Shown here one piece after another: positions 20,324-31,306 of a stretch of 54,666 bases of DNA. Positions within the stretch are counted from its first letter, which is position 1; each line of letters starts with the position of its first letter. A program made the position numbers and the translations under genes. The DNA is taken from the sequence record DRR378314_461, one strand, 5' to 3'. The notes under the pieces are model-generated. The model searched no databases. It had not been told where the DNA came from and saw only the letters and a list, made by a program, of their open reading frames with translations.

Positions 20324-20917
20324 TTATTTCAGATAGGCGCCGAGGAAGGCCTCAATATTTTTTTCCATCTGAACATCGAACTCCCGCATCAACAGCTCGG
20401 TCTTCTTGAAAAAGACCTGATCTCTCTCGTTCAGCGTGGCGTCTTCGGCAACGGTTGTTGTCTGGGTTGCCTCCGCAATAGCGAGGGCGCGGCCACCATT
20501 GATTGTCACAATCTGCAGCTCTCCGGCTATACGAAAATCATATTTCTCAGACTGATCATTGGTGAAAAACCCACTGATGCCGGTTTTCTTTTCCAGTGGC
20601 TTTTCAACAACGCTGGCATCTTTCAAGGTAAAGACCGCATAAGAATTACTGCCGCCAACCGCCTTCAGGCGATCCCCAACCCAGCGGCGAACCGACCGTT
20701 CAATATTGACAGGCAGTTCATGCTCGACATTCGGGGGGCGCAGCGGGGACTTGAATTCGCTGACGAAACGGATTTCCCCGACATTCAGGTTAAGAGCGGG
20801 TTTATGCTGAAAAGTGATTTCAGGATAGCTGGGCTCTGACGGTGTTTCTGCACAGCTGGCAAGCGCAACGGCGATCACCACCAAGGCCGCACTTGCAATT
20901 TTTCTGTGAAAAGTCAT
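20324..20917 (-). CDS. Hypothetical lipoprotein
   Basis: MTFHRK...VALASC lipobox; follows hslO on the same strand. Confidence 0.8.
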   Translation of the reverse strand: MTFHRKIASAALVVIAVALASCAETPSEPSYPEITFQHKPALNLNVGEIRFVSEFKSPLRPPNVEHELPVNIERSVRRWVGDRLKAVGGSNSYAVFTLKDASVVEKPLEKKTGISGFFTNDQSEKYDFRIAGELQIVTINGGRALAIAEATQTTTVAEDATLNERDQVFFKKTELLMREFDVQMEKNIEAFLGAYLK

Positions 20918-20977
20918 CCATTCCCCCGTTTCACGCAAATCAGTTCGGCTATAAAATCGCCCCAAAATCAGGCAATT

Positions 20978-21910
20978 TTATGAAGCCGTCTGCCGAGCGT
21001 CGTTCACCTGCTCAACTGTAATGACATATTGCGTGCTACAGAACTGACAATCAACCTGGATCTGTCCATCGTCGGCCATTTCGTCCACATTTTCCGGCGA
21101 AAAAGAGGTCAGGGTCTGCAGCACCCGCTGTTGACTGCAACTGCATTTATCCTGCAATTCAACAATGTCATAGAGCCAGACCCCGTCTTCATGAAACAGC
21201 CGATAGAGCAACTCTGACGCGCGAAGGCGGTTGTGGGTCAGCTCTTCAGCCGTGACGGTCAGGGCCAAAGCCTCCGCATTGCGCCAATGTTCTTCGGCGG
21301 TTTCCTGGCGCACCATCAACCCACTATCTTCGGGAAGCCGCTGGATCATTAAACCTCCAGCGCGCCACTTGCCATCCGTTTTATCAACGGCAACCTGCAA
21401 ACGGGTTTCGATCTGCTCAGATCTGGCGAAATAATTCTCCATACATTCCGCCAGGCTGTCCCCCTCCAGAGCGACAATTCCCTGATAGCGGTTTTCCGGA
21501 TCTTTTCGGGGATCGATGGTAAAAGCGATATATCCCTTACCCAACAAGCGCGGAACCACTGACTGCGATTTCTTTTCAGCGGCAACTTCCAGTTTTTCCG
21601 GATCAAACGCCGCGTAACCGCGCAGGTCCCCCGGCGTGGACATATCCGCCGCCAGCATCGCAATGGGCCCATCACCCTTGCTTTGGACGGTGAAAATCCC
21701 ATCAAATTTAAGCGCCCCGCCCAGCATGGCTGCCAGCACCAGACACTCCCCCAACAGAATTGCCACATCGTCGGGATAGGCATGCCGGTTGAGGATGTCG
21801 TCAACAACGGAGCCCAGGCGCACAACACGCCCCCGAACTCCGGCCTCCGCCATCTGGAAGGGTTGAATCAGATTATCGCCGATAACCTGGGATTTTTGCG
21901 GGTTAGACAT
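20978..21910 (-). CDS. hslO: Hsp33 redox-regulated chaperone
   Basis: YQGIV, YF..SEQ, AGGLMIQRLP, CSCS...CQFC zinc motif. Confidence 0.96.
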   Translation of the reverse strand: MSNPQKSQVIGDNLIQPFQMAEAGVRGRVVRLGSVVDDILNRHAYPDDVAILLGECLVLAAMLGGALKFDGIFTVQSKGDGPIAMLAADMSTPGDLRGYAAFDPEKLEVAAEKKSQSVVPRLLGKGYIAFTIDPRKDPENRYQGIVALEGDSLAECMENYFARSEQIETRLQVAVDKTDGKWRAGGLMIQRLPEDSGLMVRQETAEEHWRNAEALALTVTAEELTHNRLRASELLYRLFHEDGVWLYDIVELQDKCSCSQQRVLQTLTSFSPENVDEMADDGQIQVDCQFCSTQYVITVEQVNDARQTAS

Positions 21911-21940
21911 TGGGGGTTCCCTTAAAATTTCCAGTCGCGT

Positions 21941-22870
21941 CTAGATCTTACCCAGACACCATCGCAATACGGCCTTTTGAGCGTGCAGACGATTTTCCGC
22001 CTCATCAAAAATGACGGAGCTAGGCCCATCCATAACGGCGGTCGTCGCTTCTTCGTCCCGATGGGCCGGCAGGCAATGCATGAAAATCGCGTCATCGGCT
22101 GCCGTCTGCATCAGCTTCTCATCAATCTGGTACGGCTTCAACAGATTGTGGCGGGCCCCCACGTCATCGCCCATGGAAACCCAGGTATCCGTTACCAGAC
22201 AATCGGACCCTTGCGCGGCTTCTGCCGGATCGCGGGTGACATGAACCGCAGCGCCCACCTGTTTCGCCCAGTCCAGCGCGACCGGATCCGGAGAGAGTTC
22301 TTCCGGACAGGCGATCCGCAGCTCAAAATCGAACTGACCGGCGGCATGGATCCAGGAGGTCACCATGTTATTGCCATCCCCGCTCCAGGTGACAACGCGG
22401 TCCTTGATCGCGCCTCTATGCTCCTCAAAGGTCAGAACATCCGCCATAAGCTGGCACGGGTGGCTGAAATTGGACAGACCATTGATCACAGGAATGGAGG
22501 CGCTATTTGCCAATTCCGTCAATTTTTCATGGCTGTCGGTTCGCAGCATAATCGCATCCACCATGCGCGAGAGAACCTTCGCCGTATCGGTAATCGTCTC
22601 CCCCCGGCCCAGCTGCATATCATTGCTGTTCAGCACAAGTGTATCCCCGCCCAATTGCCGCATCCCCATATCAAAGGAGACACGGGTCCGCGTTGAGGGG
22701 AATTCAAAAATACAGGCAAGGGTATGCCCTTCCAGCGGCAGGCCGGCATCGCGCGTGCCTTTTGGCTGCCCTGCCCGGGCTTTCTTAACGGCCAGCGCAT
22801 CGTCAATCATGGTGCGGAGGTCTTCTTTGGAGACCTCATGCAGATCTAAAAAATGAGTAGGGTTTGTCAT
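21941..22870 (-). CDS. argF: Ornithine carbamoyltransferase
   Basis: [31 protein letters not shown]. Confidence 0.97.
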   Translation of the reverse strand: MTNPTHFLDLHEVSKEDLRTMIDDALAVKKARAGQPKGTRDAGLPLEGHTLACIFEFPSTRTRVSFDMGMRQLGGDTLVLNSNDMQLGRGETITDTAKVLSRMVDAIMLRTDSHEKLTELANSASIPVINGLSNFSHPCQLMADVLTFEEHRGAIKDRVVTWSGDGNNMVTSWIHAAGQFDFELRIACPEELSPDPVALDWAKQVGAAVHVTRDPAEAAQGSDCLVTDTWVSMGDDVGARHNLLKPYQIDEKLMQTAADDAIFMHCLPAHRDEEATTAVMDGPSSVIFDEAENRLHAQKAVLRWCLGKI

Positions 22871-24039
22871 GACGCCAACTCCTCACACGCCTGTTCCAGC
22901 GCGGTAACAAATTCATTTATCTGGGTTTCATCTATGATCAGCGGCGGCAGCAGGCGCACAACATTGTCCCCGCCCTTCGCCGTCAGCACACCCTGCTTGA
23001 TCAGGGCGTTGATCAATTTGCCATTTTCCACCTTACATTTCAGGCCCAGGTGAAGCCCGACACCGCGCAGTTCCTGCAGAACGGATGGATACCGATCGAC
23101 CACCCCATGAAGGGCCTGGCGCAAATGATTAGCCGTTTGCTGGACCCGCTCCATAAATCCGTCTTCGGTCATGATATCAACAACAGTTCCGGCAACCGCC
23201 ATGGCCAACGGGTTGCCGCCATAAGTCGATCCATGACTGCCAGCCGTCATGCAGGTCGCCACTTTTTCAACGGCCAGACAGGCGCCAACGGGAAAGCCGT
23301 TTCCAAGCGCTTTTGCCGACGTCATGATATCCGGCGCCATTCCCAAATGCTCATAAGCAAAGAGTTTGCCCGTTCGGCCCATACCGGTCTGAATTTCATC
23401 AAACATCAGCAGCAGGTCCTGCTCATCGCATAGCTGACGCAATTGGCGCAGGAATTCAGGCTCAACCACCTGAATACCGCCTTCACCCAAAATCGGCTCG
23501 ATCAGAATACCGCCGGTCTCAGGAGTGATTGCGTTTTTCACGGCGTCAAGATCGCCAACGGGCACCTGATCAAACCCCTCAACTGTGGGACCAAAACCGT
23601 CCAGCAGCTTGTCCTGACCGGCAGCAGCGATGGTTGCCAATGTCCGTCCATGAAACGAATTTTCAAAGGCAATCACGCGGTAACGTTCCGGCCGGCCGTT
23701 GGTGCTGTGATATTTGCGGATCATTTTCAATCCACACTCATTCGCTTCGGCCCCGGAATTACAAAAATAGACCGCATCGGCAAATGTATTATCCACCAGT
23801 TTCTGGGCCAGTTCCTCCTGCCCCGGAATGCGGAACAGATTGGAGATATGCATCAGGCTGGACGCCTGACGCGTGAGAGCCTCGGTAATTTTGGGATGGG
23901 CATGGCCCAGAGAGGTCACGGCAATACCGGCAAAAAAATCAAGATATCGTCGGCCGTCATTCCCGAACAGGTATGCGCCTTCCCCTTTGTCAAAAGAGAG
24001 ATCTGCAGGGGCATAGTTCGATAACAACGGTGATATCAT
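22867..24039 (-). CDS. argD: Acetylornithine aminotransferase
   Basis: [52 protein letters not shown] overlap with argF. Confidence 0.95.
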   Translation of the reverse strand: MISPLLSNYAPADLSFDKGEGAYLFGNDGRRYLDFFAGIAVTSLGHAHPKITEALTRQASSLMHISNLFRIPGQEELAQKLVDNTFADAVYFCNSGAEANECGLKMIRKYHSTNGRPERYRVIAFENSFHGRTLATIAAAGQDKLLDGFGPTVEGFDQVPVGDLDAVKNAITPETGGILIEPILGEGGIQVVEPEFLRQLRQLCDEQDLLLMFDEIQTGMGRTGKLFAYEHLGMAPDIMTSAKALGNGFPVGACLAVEKVATCMTAGSHGSTYGGNPLAMAVAGTVVDIMTEDGFMERVQQTANHLRQALHGVVDRYPSVLQELRGVGLHLGLKCKVENGKLINALIKQGVLTAKGGDNVVRLLPPLIIDETQINEFVTALEQACEELAS

Positions 24040-24129
24040 TTGCCTTCTCCAAAAAATAAGCTGAACGCTTTTAAAGATAGAAAATGGGCCGTTTGGTTGT
24101 CACCCCGAAAACGACCCGGAAAGCGCGGA

Positions 24130-24158
24130 AGTATTGACAGGAGGAGGTTTCCTGTCAA
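24130..24158 (-). promoter_or_regulatory. Putative argD promoter overlapped by a perfect 10-bp inverted repeat
   Basis: Minus strand TTGACA-N17-AATACT; ATTGACAGGA-N7-TCCTGTCAAT at 24133-24159. Confidence 0.55.
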
Positions 24159-24205
24159 TCAATCTCTGCCGCTAGATGCAGAATAAGTGAAATATCGGGA
24201 AGATT

Positions 24206-25042
24206 TTAGGGTTTCAAACGGTAACCGCGCTGAAACAGGAACCAGATCAGACCGAATAGAAACAGGTTCAGGCCGCCCACAACAAGCGCACCCACCACTT
24301 GCGAGCTATCTGCGGTGCCGATAAAGCCATATCGGAAACCATCGATCATATAAAAGAACGGGTTCATGTGACTGACCTGGTACCAGATACCGGTCAAGCG
24401 CTCCACTGAATAGAAAGTTCCGGATAGGAACGACAGCGGCATAATCACAAAATTGGTCACCGCTGCGATATGATCAAATTTGTCGGAGATAATCCCGCCA
24501 ATGACCCCCAGCATGGACAACATCAATCCAGCGCCGATCAAAAAATACAGAACCGCCGGCCAGGAATGAACGCTTAAATCGACAAAGAAAAACATACTGC
24601 AAGCCACAGCCGTGGCCACCACGACACCGCGCGCCAGCCCCGAAACCGCATAGGCTAGTGCCAGTTCCAACGCGCTTAAGGGCGGCATCAGCACGTCCAC
24701 AATATTTCCCTGAACCTTGGCGATCACCAAAGAAGAAGACGTGTTGGCGAAAGAGTTCTGGATGACCGACATCATAATCAGACCCGGCGCCAGAAAGGTT
24801 GCAAAGGCAATATCACCGTCATAACGGCTGTTGCCCCCAAAGGCGAGCGTGAAGACCGCCAGAAACAACAAAGTTGTCATCATGGGCGCAAACACGGTCT
24901 GCAAGGGAACTTTTAAGAACCGCTGCACTTCCTTTTTCAGGAGTGTGTAAAAACCAAGACCTGGGATATATTTTCGGTCATCGAGTGCCACTGTTCCGTG
25001 CCCCAGTCCAGTGTTGCTGTTTTCTGTTGTCTCTATTGTCAT
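24206..25042 (-). CDS. ABC-2 type transporter permease (YadH-like)
   Basis: KEVQRFLKV..QTV.AP, FLAPGLIMM, PLSFLSGTFYS, NPFFYMIDGFRYG. Confidence 0.9.
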   Translation of the reverse strand: MTIETTENSNTGLGHGTVALDDRKYIPGLGFYTLLKKEVQRFLKVPLQTVFAPMMTTLLFLAVFTLAFGGNSRYDGDIAFATFLAPGLIMMSVIQNSFANTSSSLVIAKVQGNIVDVLMPPLSALELALAYAVSGLARGVVVATAVACSMFFFVDLSVHSWPAVLYFLIGAGLMLSMLGVIGGIISDKFDHIAAVTNFVIMPLSFLSGTFYSVERLTGIWYQVSHMNPFFYMIDGFRYGFIGTADSSQVVGALVVGGLNLFLFGLIWFLFQRGYRLKP

Positions 25043-25147
25043 GGGCCATTACATATTCTTTTCATAACAGGTGCGCAAGTTATCCGTATCACAAACTGGT
25101 TAATCAGTTTGACTGACTGAATAAGACGACACCCGGAAGGCATAGAG

Positions 25148-25495
25148 ATGACGGTCAAAATTTTACATAATCCCCGGTGCAGCAAATCCCGCCAGACACT
25201 GGCGCTTTTGGAAGAGAACGGGGCCACACCAACAATCGTCGAATATCTGAAAACACCGCCCAGTAAAGACGAATTAAAAGACATCCTGAACAAACTGGGC
25301 ATGCAGCCCCGCGACCTGATGCGCAAAAATGAAGCGGAATACAAAGATCTAAACCTGGCCGATGACAGCCTGAGCGAAGAAGCATTGATCACCGCCATGG
25401 TCGAAAATCCAAAATTGATCGAACGCCCCATTGTTCTGAACAACGGAAAGGTGCGCATTGGCCGCCCGCCTGAGGACGTTCTGGAGATCCTTTAG
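25148..25495 (+). CDS. arsC: Arsenate reductase (glutaredoxin-type) family protein
   Basis: HNPRCSKSR, LIERPIV, IGRPPE; not in an ars operon. Confidence 0.9.
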   Translation: MTVKILHNPRCSKSRQTLALLEENGATPTIVEYLKTPPSKDELKDILNKLGMQPRDLMRKNEAEYKDLNLADDSLSEEALITAMVENPKLIERPIVLNNGKVRIGRPPEDVLEIL

Positions 25496-25625
25496 ACCCC
25501 CGAAATCATAACAATTTGAACACGCAGTTCAGATTCCTGCTTTTCAAGTCTAATCAAGGGTTATAAGGTACTCTTCGATCGGGTGCCCGACCCCACAATA
25601 AACAAAAATCAATGAGGAGGATCAG

Positions 25626-26810
25626 ATGGCTGAAGCCGTTATTGTTTCGACTGCAAGAACCCCAATTGGCAAAGCCTATCGCGGAGCCTTCAATAATACA
25701 CATGGTGCCGACATGGGCGGCCATGTCATCAAGCACGCTGTTGAACGCGCTGGAATTGACCCCGCAGAGGTCGAAGACGTTCTGATGGGTGTTGCCAATC
25801 CAGAAGGCGCGGCCGGCAGCAACATTGCCCGTCAGGCTGTCCTGCGCGCCGGACTGCCAGTGACCACGGCGGCGGCAACCGTCAACCGGTTCTGCTCCAG
25901 TGGATTGCAGACCATTTCCATGGCGGCGCAGCGGATTGCCGTTGATCAGGTGCCGGTTATGGTTGCCGGTGGTCTGGAAAGCATCAGTCTGGTGCAGAAC
26001 GAGCATATGAATAAATTCCGTCTGACCAATGAATGGCTGCTGGAAAACAAACCCGCCATTTATGATCCCATGCTGAAAACGGCAGAAACTGTCGCCACCC
26101 GCTATGGAATCACCCGCGAGCAGCAGGATGAATACGCATTGCAAAGCCAGCAACGCACTGCCGCCGGTCAGGAAGCTGGTCGTTTCGATCAGGAAATTGT
26201 TCCGATGACAACGACCAAGATCCTAATGAACAAGGAAACCGGGGAAACACTGGAAGAAGAAGTGACCCTGACCAAAGATGAAGGCAACCGCCCCAGCACA
26301 GCCCTTGAAGATCTGGCAAAACTTAAGCCGGTTCTGGGTGATGACTGCTTCATTACAGCCGGGAATGCCAGTCAGCTTTCCGATGGTGCCTCTGCCAGCG
26401 TGATCATGGACGCCAAATATGCAGAGAAAAACAACGTCGAGCCGATGGGCATCTATCGCGGTATGGTTGTCGCCGGTTGCGAGCCTGATGAAATGGGCAT
26501 TGGTCCCATCTATGCGGTTCCAAAACTGCTCAAGCGGAACGGCCTGAAAATGGACGATATCGGCCTTTGGGAACTGAACGAGGCTTTTGCGGTTCAGGTT
26601 CTCTACTGCCGTGACAAGCTTGGCATTCCAAATGAGCTTCTTAACGTGGATGGCGGCGCGATTTCCATCGGTCACCCATATGGCATGTCTGGTGCCCGCA
26701 TGACCGGTCATGCGCTTATCGAAGGCAAACGTCGCGGCGCAAAATATGTGGTTTGCACCATGTGTATTGGCGGCGGCATGGGCGCAGCGGCATTGTTCGA
26801 AGTCGTCTAA
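25626..26810 (+). CDS. Acetyl-CoA C-acyltransferase (thiolase)
   Basis: RTPIG, NRFCSSG, NEAFA, GHPYG, CIGGG. Confidence 0.95.
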   Translation: MAEAVIVSTARTPIGKAYRGAFNNTHGADMGGHVIKHAVERAGIDPAEVEDVLMGVANPEGAAGSNIARQAVLRAGLPVTTAAATVNRFCSSGLQTISMAAQRIAVDQVPVMVAGGLESISLVQNEHMNKFRLTNEWLLENKPAIYDPMLKTAETVATRYGITREQQDEYALQSQQRTAAGQEAGRFDQEIVPMTTTKILMNKETGETLEEEVTLTKDEGNRPSTALEDLAKLKPVLGDDCFITAGNASQLSDGASASVIMDAKYAEKNNVEPMGIYRGMVVAGCEPDEMGIGPIYAVPKLLKRNGLKMDDIGLWELNEAFAVQVLYCRDKLGIPNELLNVDGGAISIGHPYGMSGARMTGHALIEGKRRGAKYVVCTMCIGGGMGAAALFEVV

Positions 26811-26831
26811 ACCACGTCCGACCTGATTTAG

Positions 26832-26865
26832 AAAGCCAGCTTAAATCAAAGCTGGCTTTTTATTT
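26832..26865 (+). terminator. Rho-independent terminator after thiolase
   Basis: AAAGCCAGCTT-aaatca-AAGCTGGCTTT followed by T-rich tract. Confidence 0.85.
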
Positions 26866-26937
26866 GCCTAAATTCTGTAATCCGGGCGCTTCTGTTAAAT
26901 TTAGACTTTGTTGATATTTAACGATTACAGTCAATAT

Positions 26938-27423
26938 ATGACAAATACACCGGATGATGAATTGAACGTGGATCTGGAGCCGTCGACGCTTGATGATAAT
27001 ACCCATGCAGAGATGCTGGCTTTATATCGGGAGAGCACGCGGACAATTCTCTATGCAAAAACGCGGCAATGGCGGACACTCGCCGCTGCCTGCGTTGCCC
27101 AGGTCGCCATCGTCGCCGTTGGTCATCTCATCCCGATTGCCGCTTCTGTCCATCAGGCACTGGTGATCATGTCCTTTCTGATCAGTGCCATGGCCATTTC
27201 AATTCTGTTGATCTTTCAGATCTGGCAACATACCGAAATGCTGAAGCTGCGAAAAATTACAACCTTCCTTTCCGGTCATTTCGACCTTGTCAGAGGCGTC
27301 AAGTCACGGGTTGAAGCCAATATTCACAGATATATCCTGCTGACGGTCATGGTCATCTCGATCGTGATTACCAATACGATTACCTATATCGCCTATCTTC
27401 CGATCCTGCCGGTCAGCAACTGA
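26938..27423 (+). CDS. Hypothetical membrane protein (about 3 TM)
   Basis: Open frame with an acidic N-terminus and three hydrophobic helices. Confidence 0.75.
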   Translation: MTNTPDDELNVDLEPSTLDDNTHAEMLALYRESTRTILYAKTRQWRTLAAACVAQVAIVAVGHLIPIAASVHQALVIMSFLISAMAISILLIFQIWQHTEMLKLRKITTFLSGHFDLVRGVKSRVEANIHRYILLTVMVISIVITNTITYIAYLPILPVSN

Positions 27424-27540
27424 TCGGATCCACCCACCTCGCTTTCCCTGTACAGAGATCCAAATTTCCCTTAAATAAAGAGAAATCCTGGTAAAGAGCG
27501 CCGGGCGAAAAATAAGAACCAGAAATGTGAAAGTCGCCCT

Positions 27541-28461
27541 ATGCCGACACAGAAAGTCCTTGGATTTGCTGCGATTACAGCGATCGTATTCATGTGGTCC
27601 GGGTGGATTGTCACCACCCGGTTTGGCGCTCAGTCGGCATTGACAATCTATGACATCACCCTGTTGAGATTTGGCGTTTCCAGTATTTTTGTGCTGCCGA
27701 TTATCCTCTATTACAAACCCTGGCGGGCGCTGGGCTGGAAAAAGTCCCTGATCGCGTCCCAACTGGCGGGTATCCCCTACATACTGGCGGTTTGCTATGC
27801 CTTTAAGCTGGCACCGGCGGCCCATGGCGGCATTTTCATGAACGGCTCTTTGCCCGCCATCACCTTATTCCTGGGCTATGTCTGGTTTAAAGAGCATCCC
27901 AACCGCATTCAATTGCTGGGCGGATTGCTGATCACAATCGGGGCGGCCATGACCTTATTTGGAAGTTCAGACATCTATGGGGAATATGTTTGGGTGGGCG
28001 ATTTGCTGTTCTTGGTCTCAGGCCTGTTTTTTGCCCTTTATATGGTGGTCTCCAAACTCTGGTTATTAACCCCGACACAAATCCTGTTTTGCTCTTCTAT
28101 CGTGAATTGCGCCCTGTTTTTACCGGTCTGGTATTTTTTCCTGCCCTCCGGCTTTAGCCAGGCCAGCGTTCTGGATATTGCCCTGCAGGCCGTGTATCAG
28201 GGCATGATCGCAACCCTTGTCGGGCTGTTGCTGGTGGCCTTTGCCGTTCGGCAAATCGGGGCGCCAACGGCGGCGGCTTTCATGTCCGGTGTTCCAAGCA
28301 TTGCCGCGATCCTTGGGTTTCTGCTGTTGGGAGAAGCTGTCAATATTTGGGTCTGGATCAGTATTTTCCTGCTCACCCCGGGGATCATTTTCATCGCGAT
28401 CTGGAGCCAGGACAAACACAAAAGAAAAGCCCTGCCAAGCGAACAGCCGGCAGGGCCCTAA
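27541..28461 (+). CDS. DMT/EamA family transporter
   Basis: About 10 TMs in two EamA repeats, MWSGWIV, LGE motif. Confidence 0.9.
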   Translation: MPTQKVLGFAAITAIVFMWSGWIVTTRFGAQSALTIYDITLLRFGVSSIFVLPIILYYKPWRALGWKKSLIASQLAGIPYILAVCYAFKLAPAAHGGIFMNGSLPAITLFLGYVWFKEHPNRIQLLGGLLITIGAAMTLFGSSDIYGEYVWVGDLLFLVSGLFFALYMVVSKLWLLTPTQILFCSSIVNCALFLPVWYFFLPSGFSQASVLDIALQAVYQGMIATLVGLLLVAFAVRQIGAPTAAAFMSGVPSIAAILGFLLLGEAVNIWVWISIFLLTPGIIFIAIWSQDKHKRKALPSEQPAGP

Positions 28462-28488
28462 TTTTCAACAGGCAATTCTGTCCCGATA

Positions 28489-29361
28489 TTACCGGGTCGG
28501 AGTTGGTATATCTGTCGTATAATCATAGAAGCCGCGGTTGGCTTTGCGGCCCAGCCATCCGGCTTCCACATATTTCACCAGCAGTGGGCACGGCCGATAT
28601 TTGGTATCCGCCAGACCTTCATACAGAACCTGCATGATGGAAAGGCAAACATCCAGACCGATAAAATCTGCAAGTTGCAGCGGCCCCATTGGATGGTTTG
28701 CCCCCAGACGCATGGCATTGTCGATCGCACTCACGGAGCCGACACCTTCATAAAGGGTGTAAATGGCTTCGTTAATCATCGGCAGCAAAATACGGTTCAC
28801 GATGAAAGCAGGGAAATCTTCGGCAGGTGTTGGGGTCTTGCCTAACTTAAGGGTCAGATCCCGAACCAACTGGAAAGTTTCCTCACTGGTCGCAATTCCC
28901 CGGATCAGTTCCACAAGTTTCATCATGGGAACCGGGTTCATGAAATGCATGCCCATGAACTGGCTAGGGCGGTCGGTGACCGCCGCAAGCCGTGTTACGG
29001 AAATGGACGAGGTATTTGTTGCGATAATCGCTTCGGGCTTCAGTTGAGGACCAAGAGGAGCCAGAATGGCTTTCTTGATTTCCTCATTCTCTGTCGCCGC
29101 TTCGATCACAAGATCAATTTCCCCAAGGAAATCATCAGTCAGGACCGGTTTGATCCGGGCAAGAGACGCAACTCTGTCCGCTTCGTCCATTTTGCCGCGG
29201 CCAACCTGGCGTTGCATGTTTTGATCGATGACATCGATGGCCCGATCAAGCTGATCCTGACCAACATCCTTCAGATAAACATCGAAACCTGACAACGCCA
29301 TGACATGAGCAATCCCGTTGCCCATCTGGCCTGCACCAATTACACCAACCTTGTTAATCAT
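28489..29361 (-). CDS. hbd: 3-hydroxybutyryl-CoA dehydrogenase
   Basis: GAGQMGNG, TNTSSIS, GMHFMNPVP, NHPMGPL, GRK...GFYDY. Confidence 0.95.
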   Translation of the reverse strand: MINKVGVIGAGQMGNGIAHVMALSGFDVYLKDVGQDQLDRAIDVIDQNMQRQVGRGKMDEADRVASLARIKPVLTDDFLGEIDLVIEAATENEEIKKAILAPLGPQLKPEAIIATNTSSISVTRLAAVTDRPSQFMGMHFMNPVPMMKLVELIRGIATSEETFQLVRDLTLKLGKTPTPAEDFPAFIVNRILLPMINEAIYTLYEGVGSVSAIDNAMRLGANHPMGPLQLADFIGLDVCLSIMQVLYEGLADTKYRPCPLLVKYVEAGWLGRKANRGFYDYTTDIPTPTR

Positions 29362-29428
29362 CGCGCATCATCCTGCCTTGGATTGTGACAGAGGATCATA
29401 GCTTCGCAATTACCGACAACACAAGCCA

Positions 29429-30358
29429 TTAAAGTGCCGCTTCCAGTTCTGGCAATGCTTTGAACAGATCTGCGACCAGTCCATAGTCAGCCACCTGGAA
29501 GATCGGTGCTTCTTCATCCTTGTTGATCGCCACGATCACTTTACTGTCTTTCATACCCGCCAAATGCTGAATAGCACCGGAGATACCAACGGCAATGTAA
29601 AGTTCAGGTGCAACCACTTTACCTGTCTGACCCACCTGGTAATCGTTGGGTACAAACCCGGCGTCAACAGCGGCGCGGCTGGCACCAACTGCGGCACCCA
29701 GTTTATCGGCAACGGCTTCGATCAGTGGGAAGTTATCGCCAGACTGCATGCCACGGCCACCAGAGATGACGATTTTCGCAGATGTCAGTTCAGGGCGCTC
29801 AGACTTGGAAAGCTCTTCACCAACGAATGTGGAAAGACCCGCATCTTCAGCAGCAGAACCGCTTTCGACCGTGGCAGATCCACCTTCAGCAGCGGCGGCA
29901 GCAAAGGCTGTTCCGCGAACGGTGATGACTTTCTTGGCATCTGCACTTTGGACAGTTGCCATCGCGTTACCAGCGTAAATCGGACGGACAAATGTGTCAG
30001 CAGAGACAACTTCCGTGATTTCAGAAATCTGCGCAACATCCAGAAGCGCTGCAACCCGTGGCAAAACGTTTTTACCAACAGTTGTTGCCGGCGCCAGAAT
30101 GGCATCGTAAGAGTCTGCCAGACCAACAATCAAAGCCGCAACATTTTCAGCCAGCGCATTGGCGTAAAGGGCATCATCAACAAGGATAACCTTGGCAACG
30201 CCTTCAACCTTTGCAGCTTCATCGGCAACAGCCGCACAGCCAGAACCCGCGACCAGAACATGGATATCGCCACCGATCTGAGACGCAGCTGTTACTGTGT
30301 TCAGAGTAGCTGCGCCAAGCGCGGCATTATCATGATCAGCATAAACCAGTACAGTCAT
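29429..30358 (-). CDS. etfA: Electron transfer flavoprotein alpha subunit
   Basis: [36 protein letters not shown]. Confidence 0.97.
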   Translation of the reverse strand: MTVLVYADHDNAALGAATLNTVTAASQIGGDIHVLVAGSGCAAVADEAAKVEGVAKVILVDDALYANALAENVAALIVGLADSYDAILAPATTVGKNVLPRVAALLDVAQISEITEVVSADTFVRPIYAGNAMATVQSADAKKVITVRGTAFAAAAAEGGSATVESGSAAEDAGLSTFVGEELSKSERPELTSAKIVISGGRGMQSGDNFPLIEAVADKLGAAVGASRAAVDAGFVPNDYQVGQTGKVVAPELYIAVGISGAIQHLAGMKDSKVIVAINKDEEAPIFQVADYGLVADLFKALPELEAAL

Positions 30359-31107
30359 TAGATAACTCCCGCTTCGTCTTTGAGTTTTTTGACAAGTTCT
30401 TCAACGCTTTCAACCATGACACCAGCTTCGCGTTTAGGCGGCTCGGTCACTTTCAAAGTTGTCATACGTGGCGCTGCATCAATGCCCAGATCCCCAATTT
30501 CTTTTGTATCAATTGGTTTTTTCTTGGCTTTCATGATGTTTGGCAGGGAAGCATACCGCGGCTCGTTCAAGCGAAGGTCGGTTGTCACAACCGCTGGCAA
30601 TTTCAGATCAACTGTCTGCAGGCCACCGTCGATTTCACGGGTTACCTTGACAGTTCCATCGCCAAGATCAACTTCAGAAGCAAATGTACCCTGTGACCAA
30701 CCGGTCAGGGCCGCCAGCATCTGGCCTGTCTGGTTGCTATCATCGTCAATTGCCTGCTTACCGACAATGACAAGATCAGGTTTTTCTTCTTCAGCAACAG
30801 CTTTTAGAACTTTTGCAACAGCAAGCGGCTCAACAGTATCATCTGTTTTCACCAGAACACCTCTGTCGGCGCCCATGGCCAAAGCTGTCCGAATGGTTTC
30901 CTGAGCAGCCTGCGGGCCAACAGAAACAACAACAACTTCGGTAGCTTTACCAGCTTCTTTGAGACGGAGCGCCTCTTCGACTGCGATTTCATCGAAGGGA
31001 TTCATTGACATTTTTACGTTGGCGAGATCTACACCTGTGTTATCCGCTTTAACGCGAATTTTTACGTTGTAGTCTACGACACGCTTAACAGCGACGAGAA
31101 CTTTCAT
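30358..31107 (-). CDS. etfB: Electron transfer flavoprotein beta subunit
   Basis: [41 protein letters not shown]. Confidence 0.97.
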   Translation of the reverse strand: MKVLVAVKRVVDYNVKIRVKADNTGVDLANVKMSMNPFDEIAVEEALRLKEAGKATEVVVVSVGPQAAQETIRTALAMGADRGVLVKTDDTVEPLAVAKVLKAVAEEEKPDLVIVGKQAIDDDSNQTGQMLAALTGWSQGTFASEVDLGDGTVKVTREIDGGLQTVDLKLPAVVTTDLRLNEPRYASLPNIMKAKKKPIDTKEIGDLGIDAAPRMTTLKVTEPPKREAGVMVESVEELVKKLKDEAGVI

Positions 31108-31206
31108 GGATCGGTTTTCTCCAAGCCTGATGGCCCTTCGGTCCTACAGATAACCACACACCTGCATCCGTTAAGGGGGAGCGTTTAATTTTCTTTTCGG
31201 CGCTGC

Positions 31207-31235
31207 ACAATAATTAGCAAATGACATTCTGTCAA
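31207..31235 (-). promoter_or_regulatory. Sigma70-type promoter of etfB
   Basis: Minus strand TTGACA-N17-TATTGT. Confidence 0.65.
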
Positions 31236-31306
31236 ACGATGTGCAAAACCTTTTTAATTGGTCGCCCCAGCCGCTCTTTTACCCGATGAGGCTTCGGGTT
31301 GGAACC

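Noticed and set aside
19916..20839. 307-aa plus-strand ORF
   Set aside because: Antisense to the MFP and lipoprotein genes and crosses a terminator; no motifs
29564..30904. Long plus-strand ORFs opposite etfA/etfB
   Set aside because: Antisense shadows of highly expressed genes
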